Source: an uncultured Halobacteriales archaeon
GTDB lineage: Archaea; Halobacteriota; Halobacteria; Halobacteriales; Hikarchaeaceae
Assembly (NCBI GenBank): GCA_964554565.1
Contig: CAZKPC010000005.1
Span: 6,829 to 67,015 of the forward strand
DNA length: 60,187 bases
Direction of reading: 5' to 3'
The notes beneath the pieces are model-generated. The model did no database searches. It was not told the DNA's origin and saw nothing but the letters and a program-made list of their open reading frames with translations. Made by a program: the position numbers and the translations under genes. Shown here one piece after another: positions 17,222 through 27,259 of the stretch (the stretch's first letter is position 1; each line of letters begins with the position of its first letter).

Positions 17222-18324
17222 TGCCGGCCGTCCTCCTCCCGGGCGGCGGGCCGCTCGGCGTCGGTCCGGGCGGCTTGGATCAACTCGTCGGCCCCGCGGT
17301 CCGCCAAGTCGGCCGCGAACGCTCGGGCTTCCTCCACGTAGTCGCGGACCGGCAGATCCCGGCTGGCCGCCACTTGGGTTTCACCGTCACGGCCGAGAAC
17401 TTGGGCCTCGACGTGCACGACCTCGCCGCGGATGACGGCGTGGACCCCCATCGGGGCGATACAGCCGGCCCCGAGTTCGGCCAGCACGATCCGTTCCACC
17501 GTCGTTTCCACTCGGGTCCGTGGATGGTCGATCGCCTCGTGAATACCCTCCGCACCATCGCTCTCGTCGACGGCAGTCACGCCGATCGCTCCCTGGCCGG
17601 CCGCCGGTACGTAGTCCTCGGGTGGCAGGTCTCGAACCGGCACGGATTCGGCGAGTCCCGATCGATCGAGGCCCGCGCGGGCGAGCACGATCGCGTCGAG
17701 GGTGACGTCGACCTCGCGTTCCATGGCGCGACGCTCGATGTCGGTGAGAGCGTCGAACCACTCCTGTGGCGTCCGCTCGTACGCCCCCTCATCGTCGGCC
17801 TCAGCCGCCTCTAGCCGTTGTTGGTGCTCGCGCTGGCGGTGGGGCGCCAGCAGCTTCTCGATTCGGGTGTCGACGTTCCCGCGCAGGGGAACGACATCGA
17901 GGTCCGGGCGGGCGGCCAGCAGCTGGGCCCTCCGCCGGAGGCTGGAGGTCCCGACGACCGCCCCGTCCTCGAGATCGTCGATAGCGCCCCCCGACGGGGT
18001 CACGAGCGCATCGCCGGGGGTGGCCCGCTCGGGAATCCCGGCGGTGATGAGAGCGTCCGGTTGCTCGGTCGGCATGTCCTTCATCGAATGGACCGCCGCG
18101 TCCACCTCGCCGTCGAGCACCGCCTGATCGAGCGCCCGGACGAAGGCGCCAGTCTTGCCGAGCCGGTGGATCAGTTCGTCGTCCAGCTGATCGCCGGTGG
18201 TCTCGATCTCGACCACCTCGACGTCCCAGCGGCGCTCCTCGAGCGCCGACCGGACCCCGGCGGTTTGTCTTCGCGCGAGGGCTGAACCGCGGGTCGCGAG
18301 CCGGATCGTCCCGCGGGTTCGCAT
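17218..18324 (-). CDS. hemC: Hydroxymethylbilane synthase (porphobilinogen deaminase)
   Basis: LATRGSALARRQ, AVHSMKD, GTSSLRR, LRGNVDTR, GAGCIAPMG; acidic insertion after EKLL; ATG 18324. Confidence 0.96.
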   Translation of the reverse strand: MRTRGTIRLATRGSALARRQTAGVRSALEERRWDVEVVEIETTGDQLDDELIHRLGKTGAFVRALDQAVLDGEVDAAVHSMKDMPTEQPDALITAGIPERATPGDALVTPSGGAIDDLEDGAVVGTSSLRRRAQLLAARPDLDVVPLRGNVDTRIEKLLAPHRQREHQQRLEAAEADDEGAYERTPQEWFDALTDIERRAMEREVDVTLDAIVLARAGLDRSGLAESVPVRDLPPEDYVPAAGQGAIGVTAVDESDGAEGIHEAIDHPRTRVETTVERIVLAELGAGCIAPMGVHAVIRGEVVHVEAQVLGRDGETQVAASRDLPVRDYVEEARAFAADLADRGADELIQAARTDAERPAAREEDGRQ

Positions 18325-18376
18325 GGATCGCGCTCCGAGCCCGACTGTCAAAAGGACACCGTGATCGGTCGCGTCG

Positions 18377-19357
18377 TCACAGCTCAGGGGCCAGCTGCTC
18401 GGCGAAGTAGGTGATGATGAAGTCCGCGCCGGCCCGTTTGATGGACACGAGCGACTCGAGGGCCGTGGCTTCCAGGTCGAGCCAGCCCCGCTCGGCGGCG
18501 GCGTGGAGCATGGCATACTCCCCGGAGACCTGGTAGGCAGCGACCGGATGATCGAATTGGTCCCGTAGCGCCCTGACGACGTCGAGGTAGGGCAGTGCCG
18601 GCTTCACCATCACCGCGTCCGCGCCCTGTTCGAGATCCAGCGCGACCTCCCGGAGGGCTTCCCGACCGTTCGCCGGATCCTGCTGGTAGTGGCGGCGGTC
18701 CCCGAAGGCCGGGGCGCCGTCGGCCGCGTCGCGGAACGGGCCGTAGAACGCGCTCTCGTACTTCGCCGCGTAACTCAGCACGGCCACCTCCTCGTAGCCA
18801 GCCTCGTCGAGCGCCCCGCGGATCCGGCCCACCATCCCGTCGATCATGCCGCTCGGGGCAACCACCTGCGCCCCGGCCGCGGCCTGCGACACGGCGATCC
18901 GCTCCAGCCGGTCCAGCGTGGCGTCGTTATCGACCGTGAGGGTGGGGTCCGCCCGGGCCTCGTCCTCGAGGACGCCACAGTGGCCGTGGTCGGTGTATTC
19001 ACACAGGCAGACGTCGCCGATCACGGTGGCGTCGGTTTCGGCGGTGATCTGCCGCATGGCCCGCTGCACGACGCCGCTCTCGGCCCAGGCGCGCGACCCT
19101 TCGCCGTCCTTGGTTTCCGGGATCCCGAACAGGATGACCGCCTCGATCCCCGTTTCCAGGACGGACCGTACCCGCTCGACCGCGTGCTCGACCGGCACGC
19201 GTTCGTGGCCCGGCATCGATGGGATGGCCACCCGTTCGTCGGCCGTGGCGTCGACGAACACGGGAGCGACGAGATCGGCGGCCGACAGCCGGGTCTCGCG
19301 GACCAGCGCCCGCAGGCCGTCACGGCGGAGCCGTCGGGGCCGGTCGGTGAGTTCCAT
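18377..19357 (-). CDS. hemB: Porphobilinogen synthase (Zn-type ALAD)
   Basis: RPRRLR, DVCLCEYTDHGHCG, FYGPFRDA, MVKPALPYLD, AYQVSGEY. Confidence 0.98.
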   Translation of the reverse strand: MELTDRPRRLRRDGLRALVRETRLSAADLVAPVFVDATADERVAIPSMPGHERVPVEHAVERVRSVLETGIEAVILFGIPETKDGEGSRAWAESGVVQRAMRQITAETDATVIGDVCLCEYTDHGHCGVLEDEARADPTLTVDNDATLDRLERIAVSQAAAGAQVVAPSGMIDGMVGRIRGALDEAGYEEVAVLSYAAKYESAFYGPFRDAADGAPAFGDRRHYQQDPANGREALREVALDLEQGADAVMVKPALPYLDVVRALRDQFDHPVAAYQVSGEYAMLHAAAERGWLDLEATALESLVSIKRAGADFIITYFAEQLAPEL

Positions 19358-19380
19358 GGACGCGCTTGGCTCGTCGGCCG

Positions 19381-19386
19381 CTTAAA
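19381..19386 (-). promoter_or_regulatory. TATA box of the hemB-hemC-hemD unit
   Basis: TTTAAG 24-29 nt upstream of the hemB ATG. Confidence 0.6.
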
Positions 19387-19448
19387 CGGGTGGGAACCGC
19401 TCGAGCGCTATCCGAAGATTTCTACCCCGTTCCCGCGTTCGGTCGGCC

Positions 19449-20135
19449 GTGTTGCTTTCCGTCGACGCGGCGCTGGCGGTCGCCCTCCTGGCCTTGGGAC
19501 CGTTGGCCCTCGCGGGACGGCTCCAGGACGGCGCTCGACAACTGCTGGTCGATTACGGAGTCGTGCTCCTCTTCGCGGTCTTCGCGGCCATCGGGATCTG
19601 GCTGTTCCTCCACCGGGACTCGACCTTCCTCCGGTCGCTGCTCCGGCAGTACTGGCTCCCGGCGCTGTTCGCGGTGTTCATCCTCGAGGGGGCCATGCTG
19701 CTGTATTTCGCCCCCTCGGAAAGCCTCGTGCCGATCGCCGTCGGCCTCGCTGCCGGGACTGACGTCGCCGCCGGCACCACGGCGGTCTACGCGCTGATCA
19801 TCGGGACCGCGGTGGTCGGTGCGACGATCGGCCAGTACCTGCTCTTCCTGTTGGCCAAGCGATGGGGGCGGGAGCGGCTCCTCGAACAGCCGTGGTTCCG
19901 GATCAGCGGGGACACGCTCGATCGCTTCGACGGCTGGTTCGCGCGGTGGGGGCGGCTCGCGGTGCCGGTCTCGAACACTCTCCTGTTCACACGGGGGATG
20001 CTGACGGTTCCCGCCGGGCTAGCAGAAATGGACGACCGGGAGTTCGTCGCGCTCTCGACGTTGGGTACGCTGGTGTTCGAGACGGCTCTGGCGCTGCTCA
20101 CGCTCGGGGTGATCTCCACGGTGCCGCTGCTGTGA
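19449..20135 (+). CDS. DedA/SNARE-associated membrane protein
   Basis: LEGAMLLYFAPSE, GATIGQ, WFARWG, RGMLTVPAGL; start uncertain. Confidence 0.85.
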   Translation: MLLSVDAALAVALLALGPLALAGRLQDGARQLLVDYGVVLLFAVFAAIGIWLFLHRDSTFLRSLLRQYWLPALFAVFILEGAMLLYFAPSESLVPIAVGLAAGTDVAAGTTAVYALIIGTAVVGATIGQYLLFLLAKRWGRERLLEQPWFRISGDTLDRFDGWFARWGRLAVPVSNTLLFTRGMLTVPAGLAEMDDREFVALSTLGTLVFETALALLTLGVISTVPLL

Positions 20136-20193
20136 ACCGATCGGGGGAGCGATACCTTCATCAAACGAACGGGTCTACCCTCGACCGACCCTC

Positions 20194-20562
20194 ATGGCGG
20201 CTCTCGATCACTCCCTGGAGTTGGGCCTGGCACTGACCTGGTTGGTGGTGACGGTGACGATCGGGGTGGCCGTCGTGGCCTGGCTCTATGCGGCCCTGTT
20301 CGTCGGCGGCTCAGCCGTGGCACTGCTCTTGGCCCTGATTTTCATTGGCTTCGGGTCGGTGATCGTCTACGGTACCCTCAACCTCTACGCCCCGACGGTC
20401 AACCCGTTCGAGGCCTTCGGCCGGTTGCTGACCTTTGAATGGGACGACAGCGCCTACCATCACTGCGACCACTGTGGTCGGTCGTTCGCCCAGCCGGCCC
20501 GCCTGTCCGACCTCGACTGCCCCTACTGTGGCTCCCCGGAGACCGAGCGGCTCGCCGGTTGA
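20194..20562 (+). CDS. 2-TM membrane protein with C-terminal CPxCG zinc ribbon
   Basis: Two hydrophobic helices, then CDHCG...CPYCG. Confidence 0.72.
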   Translation: MAALDHSLELGLALTWLVVTVTIGVAVVAWLYAALFVGGSAVALLLALIFIGFGSVIVYGTLNLYAPTVNPFEAFGRLLTFEWDDSAYHHCDHCGRSFAQPARLSDLDCPYCGSPETERLAG

Positions 20563-20808
20563 TAGTGAGCTGGAGGTCGTCCGTTCAGCTGTCAGGCCCC
20601 GTTGATTCGAGCCCGACAGCGCCATTGAAGCCGTCCATGGCTGCCTGATCGGGCCACTCATCAGATCCAGGCGGAGCTTTCCTTGGCCGCTTAGACCCTG
20701 ATCCGGTAATTTTTCGGTATGGCAAGACGGGGGGTCGTCCGGCTCTGTTGTGGCCGGTCCGGGGGATCCAGTACGGTGGCTTTTGGGGGACACCCCCGAA
20801 AGGCGGGC

Positions 20809-21240
20809 ATGGCCCCCGCCCATGTCCTCGTTCCGCTCGACGGATCACCGCTGGCGCGGGAGGCGTTTGCCCACGCTCTCGAGACCTTCGACTGCCAAGT
20901 CACGGTGCTGAACGTGGTGACGCCACTGGACGCGGACATGAGCGAAGGCGGGCTCCTCGAACCGGACGATGATCGGCTGGCCGAGGCTCGGGAACGCGCC
21001 CAAGGGTTGATCGAGCGAGCCAGCGACGAGGCGGCGTCACAGGACCGCGAGATCGAGACCGCCGTCTCGACGGGTGACCCAGCGGAGACGATCCTCGAAT
21101 ACGTCGACGATCACGCCGTCGACCACGTCGTCATGGGCGGGCATGGCGGCGAGGGTGGCGAGCTCACCCGACGGCTCCTCGGCACCGTCGCGACGACGGT
21201 CGTGAGTGAAGCCCCCGTGACCGTCACCGTCGTTCGCTGA
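20809..21240 (+). CDS. Universal stress protein (UspA family)
   Basis: VLVPLDGS, GDPAETI, VVMGGHG, LLGTVA...APVTVTVV. Confidence 0.92.
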   Translation: MAPAHVLVPLDGSPLAREAFAHALETFDCQVTVLNVVTPLDADMSEGGLLEPDDDRLAEARERAQGLIERASDEAASQDREIETAVSTGDPAETILEYVDDHAVDHVVMGGHGGEGGELTRRLLGTVATTVVSEAPVTVTVVR

Positions 21241-21288
21241 CGCACTGTTTCCGGTCCGGGGATTTCGGATCCATGTTCGGTGTTGGTG

Positions 21289-22491
21289 CTATTGAATGCC
21301 GAAGAGAGTCGACAGCACGCGATACGCGCCGAACCCGACGCCGATGGACCCGGCCAACGTCAACACCCAGAAAACCACCGTCACCCCGATCTTCCGGCGG
21401 GACACGCCGGCGGCGCCTGCGGCCAGCCCGCCGCCGATCACCCCGGAGATGATGATGTTGTTGAAGGAGATCGGGATCCCGAGGGCGATGGCGGCTTGGG
21501 CGATGATGAACCCGGGGACGAGCGCGGCGATCGATCGCCTCGGACCCAGCTGGGCGTATTCACGTGAGGTCGCCTGGAGCAGCCGGGGGGCGCCCATCCA
21601 GGCACCGGCCAGGATCCCGGTGGCGCCGACGCCGAGGAGGACTGCGCCCGGGAGCCCGAGCTCGACGCCGTAGAGGTTCTCGAGCGGTCCCGTGGCGAGA
21701 CCGACCTGGCTGCCGCCGCTCGAGAACGCCACCACGCTGCCCAGTATGAGCAGGAAGCTCCGGATCCCGGCCTCGACCGAGGCCTGTGTGCGCCGTCGAA
21801 TGAACTGGAACCCGGCGGCGGCAAAGAGGACGGTGACGAGAACGGCCACCGCATCCACCTCGAAGAGCTGTGGTCCCTTCACCGCGATCGAAACGGCCTC
21901 CGCGATGGTCCCCTGGGCCCGGTCCGGATGGGGCACGATGCTCAGCCGGACGTTGGCCAGGATGCCGGCGACCGTCGCGGCGAGGAGCGGGATCCCGACG
22001 GTATCGGGGATGTCGTCACGCCGGAGGAGCCGGGCGGTGACGAAAGCCAGCCCGCCGGAGGTCGGCGGCACGAGCAGCCAGAAGAGCGCGATCTGCTGGT
22101 AGGTGTCGAAGGCCCCCGCGCCGCCGAGCCCGAACCCGACTCCGATCATGGCACCGGTCGTCGCGAACGCGGCCGGCACGGGGTAGCCGCTGTACACGCC
22201 GAACGCCATGAAGGAGGCCGCCACGAGGAGCCCCGTGGTGGCGGCGAGTGGCGAGATGGTAACGCCCCGGATCAGGTTGGTCCCGACCGTTTCGGAGATC
22301 GACCCGCCCTGCGTCATGGCGCCAGCGGCGGCGAGAATCCCGATCAGGAGGGCCGCTCGCATCGTCGACACGGCGTTCGCGCCGATCGCGGGCGCGAACG
22401 GCGGAGAGTTGCTGTTGGCTCCCAGCGACCACGCCATGAACAGACAGCTGACCGACGCGAAGGCGACGAGGATCCAGAAGACGGCCGTCAT
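21289..22491 (-). CDS. PiT-family inorganic phosphate/anion transporter
   Basis: WSLGANSNSPPFAPAIGA and AFSSGGSQVG PiT-like repeats; multiple TM helices. Confidence 0.88.
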   Translation of the reverse strand: MTAVFWILVAFASVSCLFMAWSLGANSNSPPFAPAIGANAVSTMRAALLIGILAAAGAMTQGGSISETVGTNLIRGVTISPLAATTGLLVAASFMAFGVYSGYPVPAAFATTGAMIGVGFGLGGAGAFDTYQQIALFWLLVPPTSGGLAFVTARLLRRDDIPDTVGIPLLAATVAGILANVRLSIVPHPDRAQGTIAEAVSIAVKGPQLFEVDAVAVLVTVLFAAAGFQFIRRRTQASVEAGIRSFLLILGSVVAFSSGGSQVGLATGPLENLYGVELGLPGAVLLGVGATGILAGAWMGAPRLLQATSREYAQLGPRRSIAALVPGFIIAQAAIALGIPISFNNIIISGVIGGGLAAGAAGVSRRKIGVTVVFWVLTLAGSIGVGFGAYRVLSTLFGIQ

Positions 22492-22540
22492 GGCGGGCAG
22501 ACCGCCATGCTCGGCCCGGACACGACGTTCCAGACCATGG

Positions 22541-23716
22541 TCACCACACGAACGCGAAGAGCACGAGGAAGGTCAGGTACGCCCCGACGGTCGAGAGGAT
22601 CGGGACCACGTTCTGCATCACGATCACGCGCCCGGTCGTGGCCGGATCGAACAGGTCGGCGGCCGTGGGGATGTCCGCGGGTTCCTCTTCGCCGATCGAC
22701 GGGGCCTCTTCGCCGGGTTCCTCGGCGGTCAACGCCCCGACCGACACGTTGGCCGGTTCGTCCCCCTGGACCACTTCTGGAATCGTCGCCGTCCGGGTGG
22801 CGCGTCCCCACCCGAGGCCGACGATCGAGGTCGTGGCGATGATCACAAACGAGGCGGGGATCCCGATCGCCGAGAGCCCGATCACGATCGCCGACGACAC
22901 GAGCGCCACGAGGATGGCGGCCGTCAGCGGGAGATCCGTGATGTCGTTGCCGAGGGTTTCCAGCGTCCGCCGCGCGATCGTGAAGGCCCCGACGGCCACC
23001 GCCGCACAGCCCAGCAGGATCATCATGTTCAGGTCCACACCCGCCCCGACGAGCGGCGCGATCGCGTTGGCGATGTTGGACGTGCCCGATGAGAACGCCA
23101 TCAAGCAGCCGATGAGGATGACGACCGTGCCGCCGAACAGTTCCCGTCGCGTCGTGTTCGGCCCGGCGGTGAGCTGTGGGAGGCGGCCGCTTCGGTCGAT
23201 CTCGAACAGCGGCCCGGGACTCGTCGTGATCGCGACCCACTGGTTGATCCGCGGGTAGAAATACCGGCCGATCATTCCGGAGACCCAAAAACCCACGATC
23301 GGGGCCACGATCCACCAGACGGCGATCTCGCCCATGACCGTCCAGTTGAGTTCGCCCGTGGCGACACCGAGTCCAGCGATGGCTCCGACGGCTGTCATCG
23401 ATGTCGACGCGGGCACGCCGAAGTAATTGCCGACGAAGAGCGCGCCGCCGATGAAGAACAGCACCACGATGCTGGAGCCGATCGTGAACACTCCTGGATC
23501 CGTGACCAGGTCGACCCCGAGTGTCTCAACGACCCGCCGACCGATCGTCCAGGCGCCGATGAAGAAGAAGACCGCCATCAGCCCCGCCGCCCCGCTCTTG
23601 GAGATGGCGCTGGCTCCGACGGCCGGCCCGAACGCAGGCCCAGTGGTAGACCCGCCGATGTTGAAGCCGACGAAAAGCGCGACGGCTATGCCGACCAACA
23701 GAAGCGCTTCAACCAT
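22541..23716 (-). CDS. PiT-family inorganic phosphate/anion transporter (paralogue)
   Basis: FNIGGSTTGPAFGPAVG, AFSSGTSNIANA, GIPASF; CTTAAG at 23740-23745. Confidence 0.9.
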   Translation of the reverse strand: MVEALLLVGIAVALFVGFNIGGSTTGPAFGPAVGASAISKSGAAGLMAVFFFIGAWTIGRRVVETLGVDLVTDPGVFTIGSSIVVLFFIGGALFVGNYFGVPASTSMTAVGAIAGLGVATGELNWTVMGEIAVWWIVAPIVGFWVSGMIGRYFYPRINQWVAITTSPGPLFEIDRSGRLPQLTAGPNTTRRELFGGTVVILIGCLMAFSSGTSNIANAIAPLVGAGVDLNMMILLGCAAVAVGAFTIARRTLETLGNDITDLPLTAAILVALVSSAIVIGLSAIGIPASFVIIATTSIVGLGWGRATRTATIPEVVQGDEPANVSVGALTAEEPGEEAPSIGEEEPADIPTAADLFDPATTGRVIVMQNVVPILSTVGAYLTFLVLFAFVW

Positions 23717-23926
23717 ACCTGGTAGACGGCGGATGCGCTCTTAAGCGGCGGGCTTGGGACCTGTGATCCGCGTGGAATATGATGAGCAACCTTGTACACA
23801 ATGCCAAAGCGTCGACCACCGCCGAGGGGGGCAACGGCCAAGCAAGGGGGTATATCCGCCCGGCGATAGATCGAATCATATGGTGGTTGTTCCAATGTCT
23901 TCTCTGGCAGTCGGACAGGGGCGGTC

Positions 23927-24322
23927 ATGAAACCGGGACGCGTCGATTTCGTCATCGATGTCGCCTACGGACTGGCGATCTTCCTCGCCATCGGGCTCGT
24001 TCTCCTGGTCGGTACTAGCGTCGGCGTCGCGTTCGGGCTCGGCGTGCTGGTGTCGTACGTCATCCATATCGGCTGGAAGATGGCGCGGTTCGACCCGGAG
24101 TGGATGACCGAGACCGTCGCCGAGCAGGTGGAAGAAACGGTCACCGAGGAGATGGAGAAATCGGTCGGCGAAACGGTGAGCAAGGAGGTCGAAGAGTTGG
24201 CCGAGAAGGTCGGCGAGTCCGTGAGTGATCAAGTCACCGAGGAAGTGGAGAAGACGGTCACCGAGGAGGTCGGTGATACCGTCCGCGAGGAGGTCGACGA
24301 GGCCATCGAGGAAGCGACCTGA
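23927..24322 (+). CDS. 2-TM membrane protein with acidic tetrad-repeat tail
   Basis: Hydrophobic N-terminus, then VAEQ VEET VTEE MEKS VGET VSKE... repeats. Confidence 0.8.
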   Translation: MKPGRVDFVIDVAYGLAIFLAIGLVLLVGTSVGVAFGLGVLVSYVIHIGWKMARFDPEWMTETVAEQVEETVTEEMEKSVGETVSKEVEELAEKVGESVSDQVTEEVEKTVTEEVGDTVREEVDEAIEEAT

Positions 24323-24394
24323 GAAAACGAACAATCCACGGTCACGGGGTGACTAATCCCTGACCGATCGCCGCTCGCCGGGAAGCGGTAGTCC

Positions 24395-26488
24395 TCAAGC
24401 GCCAGCCGGTTCGGTACTCACACCGATAGCCTCCGCGACCAGTTCGGCCACGTCGACGACCTCGATCTCTTCCTCGTAGCCTCCGGTCTTCCGGCCGTCC
24501 TCGTACATCGTCATGCACTGCGGGCAGGCCACCACGAACTTCTCGACCGTGGCAGCCTCGGTGTCCTCGGTGGCTTCACGGAGTCGCTCCTCGGAGGGCT
24601 TGGGATCCTCGTCGAAGTCCATCCAGATGCCCCCGCCCCCGCCGCCACAGCAGAACGAATTGCTCCGGTTGCGGGGCATTTCCGCCAGCGTCGCGCCGGT
24701 CGCTTCCACCACGGCTCGCGGCGCCTCGTATTCGCCGTTGTACCGGCCGAGGTGACAGGGATCGTGGTAAGTCACGGCGTACCCGATCTCGTTCCCCGCG
24801 AGGCCGAGCGCCCCGTCGGCGACCAGCTCCTCGACGAGCTGCGTGTAGTGGTAGACGTCTTCGCCACGCTCGAAGCCGAACTGCTCGTACTCGTTGCGGA
24901 ACGTGTTGTAGGAATGGGGGTCCGTACAGACGATCTTCTCGTACTCGCAGGCCTCGAAGGCCGCCAGGTTCTCCTCGGCCAGCATCTCGTAGAGGCCCTC
25001 CTCGCCGACGCGCCGGACGTCGTTACCGTCGTTGCGCTCGTCCTCGTAGAGGATGCCGTAGGAGATATCGGCGGCCTCGAAGATCCGCGCCATGGCCCGG
25101 GCGACCGCCCGGTTGCGGTCGTCGTAGGACGGGTAATCCCCGACGTACCAGAGGTACTCGACGGGGTGCTCCCTGGCGTCCGGCACCTCGAACTCGAGGT
25201 CCTCGGTCCAGGCCGGCCGCTGCCGGTCCGGCTCCCCGAAGGAGTTGCCCTGTTGGAACAGGCCCATCATCGTCTCCTGGACGACCTCGTCCATCTCGCC
25301 CGACTCGGTGAGCCGGCGGTTCATCTCGGTGAACTGCGGGACGTGCTCGATCTCGACCGGACAAGCGTCCATGCAGGCCATACAGGCCATGCAGGACTCC
25401 ATCGTGTGCGCGTCAATGACGCTCGTTCCGCCGTCGGCGACGATGTCGACCGGCTCCGTCTCGCCGGCATCGAGGGACTCCCGGTAGGCTTTGAGATCGA
25501 GAATGACGTCGCGCGGGTCGAGCGGCCGACCGGACGCTTTGGCCGGACAGACCGAGGAACAGCGGCCGCACTTCGTGCAGGCGTCCTGATCGAGCAGCTG
25601 TTTCCAGGAGAAGTCGTCGATGTCGCTGGCGCCGATCTCGTCCGGCGAGGCGTCCTCCGGCACCCGCGGCAGCCTGACGCCGGCGTGCGGATCCCGGGTG
25701 ACCACGTTCGCGAACGACGTCAACATGTGCAGCGGCTTGGCGTAAGGGATGGCGGCGATGAAGGTCAGCGCGAGCAGGGCGTGGGCCCACCAGGTCACCG
25801 GATAGAACGCCAGCGCCTGGTCCGGCGTGACGCCCACGAGGGCCAGCAGGTCGGCGACGAACCAGCCGACGAAACTCACCGTCTCGAACGCCGGGAAGTT
25901 CTGGGCCAATATCCTGACGCCCTCGGTGAGATAGCCGCCGAGGCCGAGCAGGAACAGCGTCCACAGGAAGAGGTCGTCCTCGAGGGAGGTGTGCTTGCCG
26001 TGGAGCCGCTGGGTCCGGGTCCAGTAGCGCCGGTACAGCGCCATGCCCAGCCCCACGACGAACAGGAAGCCCATGGCGTCCATCACCAGCGAGTAGGAGA
26101 GGTAGAAGTCCCCGACGAAGAACGAATCGTTGGTGAGGGTCCGATAGATGTCCATATCGATGGCCAGGATCCCGGTCCCGATCGTCAGGGTCAGGAACCC
26201 CCACATGATGAAGGCGTGCATCAAGCCGCCGTAGAGATCACGGTTGAACTGGAGCTCGTTCGACCCCACGATGCGGACGGCGCTGATCACCCGGCGCGGT
26301 AGGTCATCGAGCCGTTCGAAGGCGTCCTCGACACCCCCGGTGTATCGGGTGACGCGGTCGTAGATGCCGAAGAAGAAGATCGCGAGGGCTACCGCCGCGA
26401 GATAGTAGAACAGCGCCTCCCCGACATGGCCGATCTGCCAGAACGTCGGCCTGGTGGTGGGGGCAGACTGTGCGAGCGCCCAGACCAT
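24395..26488 (-). CDS. Membrane-bound heterodisulfide-reductase-related Fe-S oxidoreductase (FadF-like)
   Basis: TM region with His residues; CTKCGRCSSVCP and CMACMACMDACP 4Fe-4S motifs; CCG domain (YHDPC, CCGGGGG, ACPQC); TTTAAG at 26513-26518 supports ATG 26488. Confidence 0.9.
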   Translation of the reverse strand: MVWALAQSAPTTRPTFWQIGHVGEALFYYLAAVALAIFFFGIYDRVTRYTGGVEDAFERLDDLPRRVISAVRIVGSNELQFNRDLYGGLMHAFIMWGFLTLTIGTGILAIDMDIYRTLTNDSFFVGDFYLSYSLVMDAMGFLFVVGLGMALYRRYWTRTQRLHGKHTSLEDDLFLWTLFLLGLGGYLTEGVRILAQNFPAFETVSFVGWFVADLLALVGVTPDQALAFYPVTWWAHALLALTFIAAIPYAKPLHMLTSFANVVTRDPHAGVRLPRVPEDASPDEIGASDIDDFSWKQLLDQDACTKCGRCSSVCPAKASGRPLDPRDVILDLKAYRESLDAGETEPVDIVADGGTSVIDAHTMESCMACMACMDACPVEIEHVPQFTEMNRRLTESGEMDEVVQETMMGLFQQGNSFGEPDRQRPAWTEDLEFEVPDAREHPVEYLWYVGDYPSYDDRNRAVARAMARIFEAADISYGILYEDERNDGNDVRRVGEEGLYEMLAEENLAAFEACEYEKIVCTDPHSYNTFRNEYEQFGFERGEDVYHYTQLVEELVADGALGLAGNEIGYAVTYHDPCHLGRYNGEYEAPRAVVEATGATLAEMPRNRSNSFCCGGGGGGIWMDFDEDPKPSEERLREATEDTEAATVEKFVVACPQCMTMYEDGRKTGGYEEEIEVVDVAELVAEAIGVSTEPAGA

Positions 26489-26650
26489 GACAAGGCCGCG
26501 GGACAGGACCCGCTTAAAGGTTGCCTCGGCCCTGGGTGGGTGGCCCTTGTCGGTTGGTTTCGGCGCCTCGTGGGCCCGGCATGCCTCGTCAAAACGCCCC
26601 GTTACCCCTGCCAACGTGCTTTTCCGGGCCGAGCCCATCGCCTCCGGGGG

Positions 26651-27250
26651 ATGGACGAGAAGACCGAGGAGCTCCGGGACATCTTCCTGTCGGTGTCCGA
26701 CGAGTCCGAAGTCACCGAACACCAGGCCGCCGCCCGTGGCTCTCTGACCGACGATGAGGTCGATGACGACGCGCTGGTCGACCTCATCGCGACGATGCGG
26801 GAGCGGTACGACTTCGCCACGGATCTCGACGACGGGGAACTCGCGCGGGTGGCCCAGGGCTTCTACGACGAAGAAACCGACACCGCGATCGGGCGGGAAC
26901 TGGACGGCGTCAGCGCGGGCACGGTGCGGCGCGCCCGCCTCGATCTCCATCTCGTCACTGACGGCGATCTGGACGCGCCGTTCGAGCTCGACCGGCTCCG
27001 AGAACTGCGGAGTGCCGAGGCCTCGACGAGTGAGATGGCCGACGAGCTCGGGGTCAGCCCCTCGACGGTGCGCAAGTACGACCGGGCGCTGGAGGCCCAA
27101 CAACGGCGCCGGCTGGTCGGTGACCGCTTCCGGGAGGAGTTCGATCGATTGCTGGACGACGGCGAGCTGTCCGAGCAGCTCACGGCGAGCATCCGCGAGA
27201 CGGGACTCGAGGAGGCGACCGAGGACATGGAGACCAACGTCTCTTTCTAG
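26651..27250 (+). CDS. HTH protein resembling haloarchaeal 'conditioned medium-induced protein 4'
   Basis: MDEKTEELRDIF...ARLDLHL...MADELGVSPSTVRKY...GLEEATEDMETNVSF; name from memory. Confidence 0.75.
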   Translation: MDEKTEELRDIFLSVSDESEVTEHQAAARGSLTDDEVDDDALVDLIATMRERYDFATDLDDGELARVAQGFYDEETDTAIGRELDGVSAGTVRRARLDLHLVTDGDLDAPFELDRLRELRSAEASTSEMADELGVSPSTVRKYDRALEAQQRRRLVGDRFREEFDRLLDDGELSEQLTASIRETGLEEATEDMETNVSF

Positions 27251-27259
27251 CGGATCGGA

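Noticed and set aside
17700-17850. Acidic insertion in HemC (APHRQREH...EREVDVT) as a possible intein or novel domain
   Set aside because: No intein termini; resembles the insertion I recall in other haloarchaeal HemC proteins.
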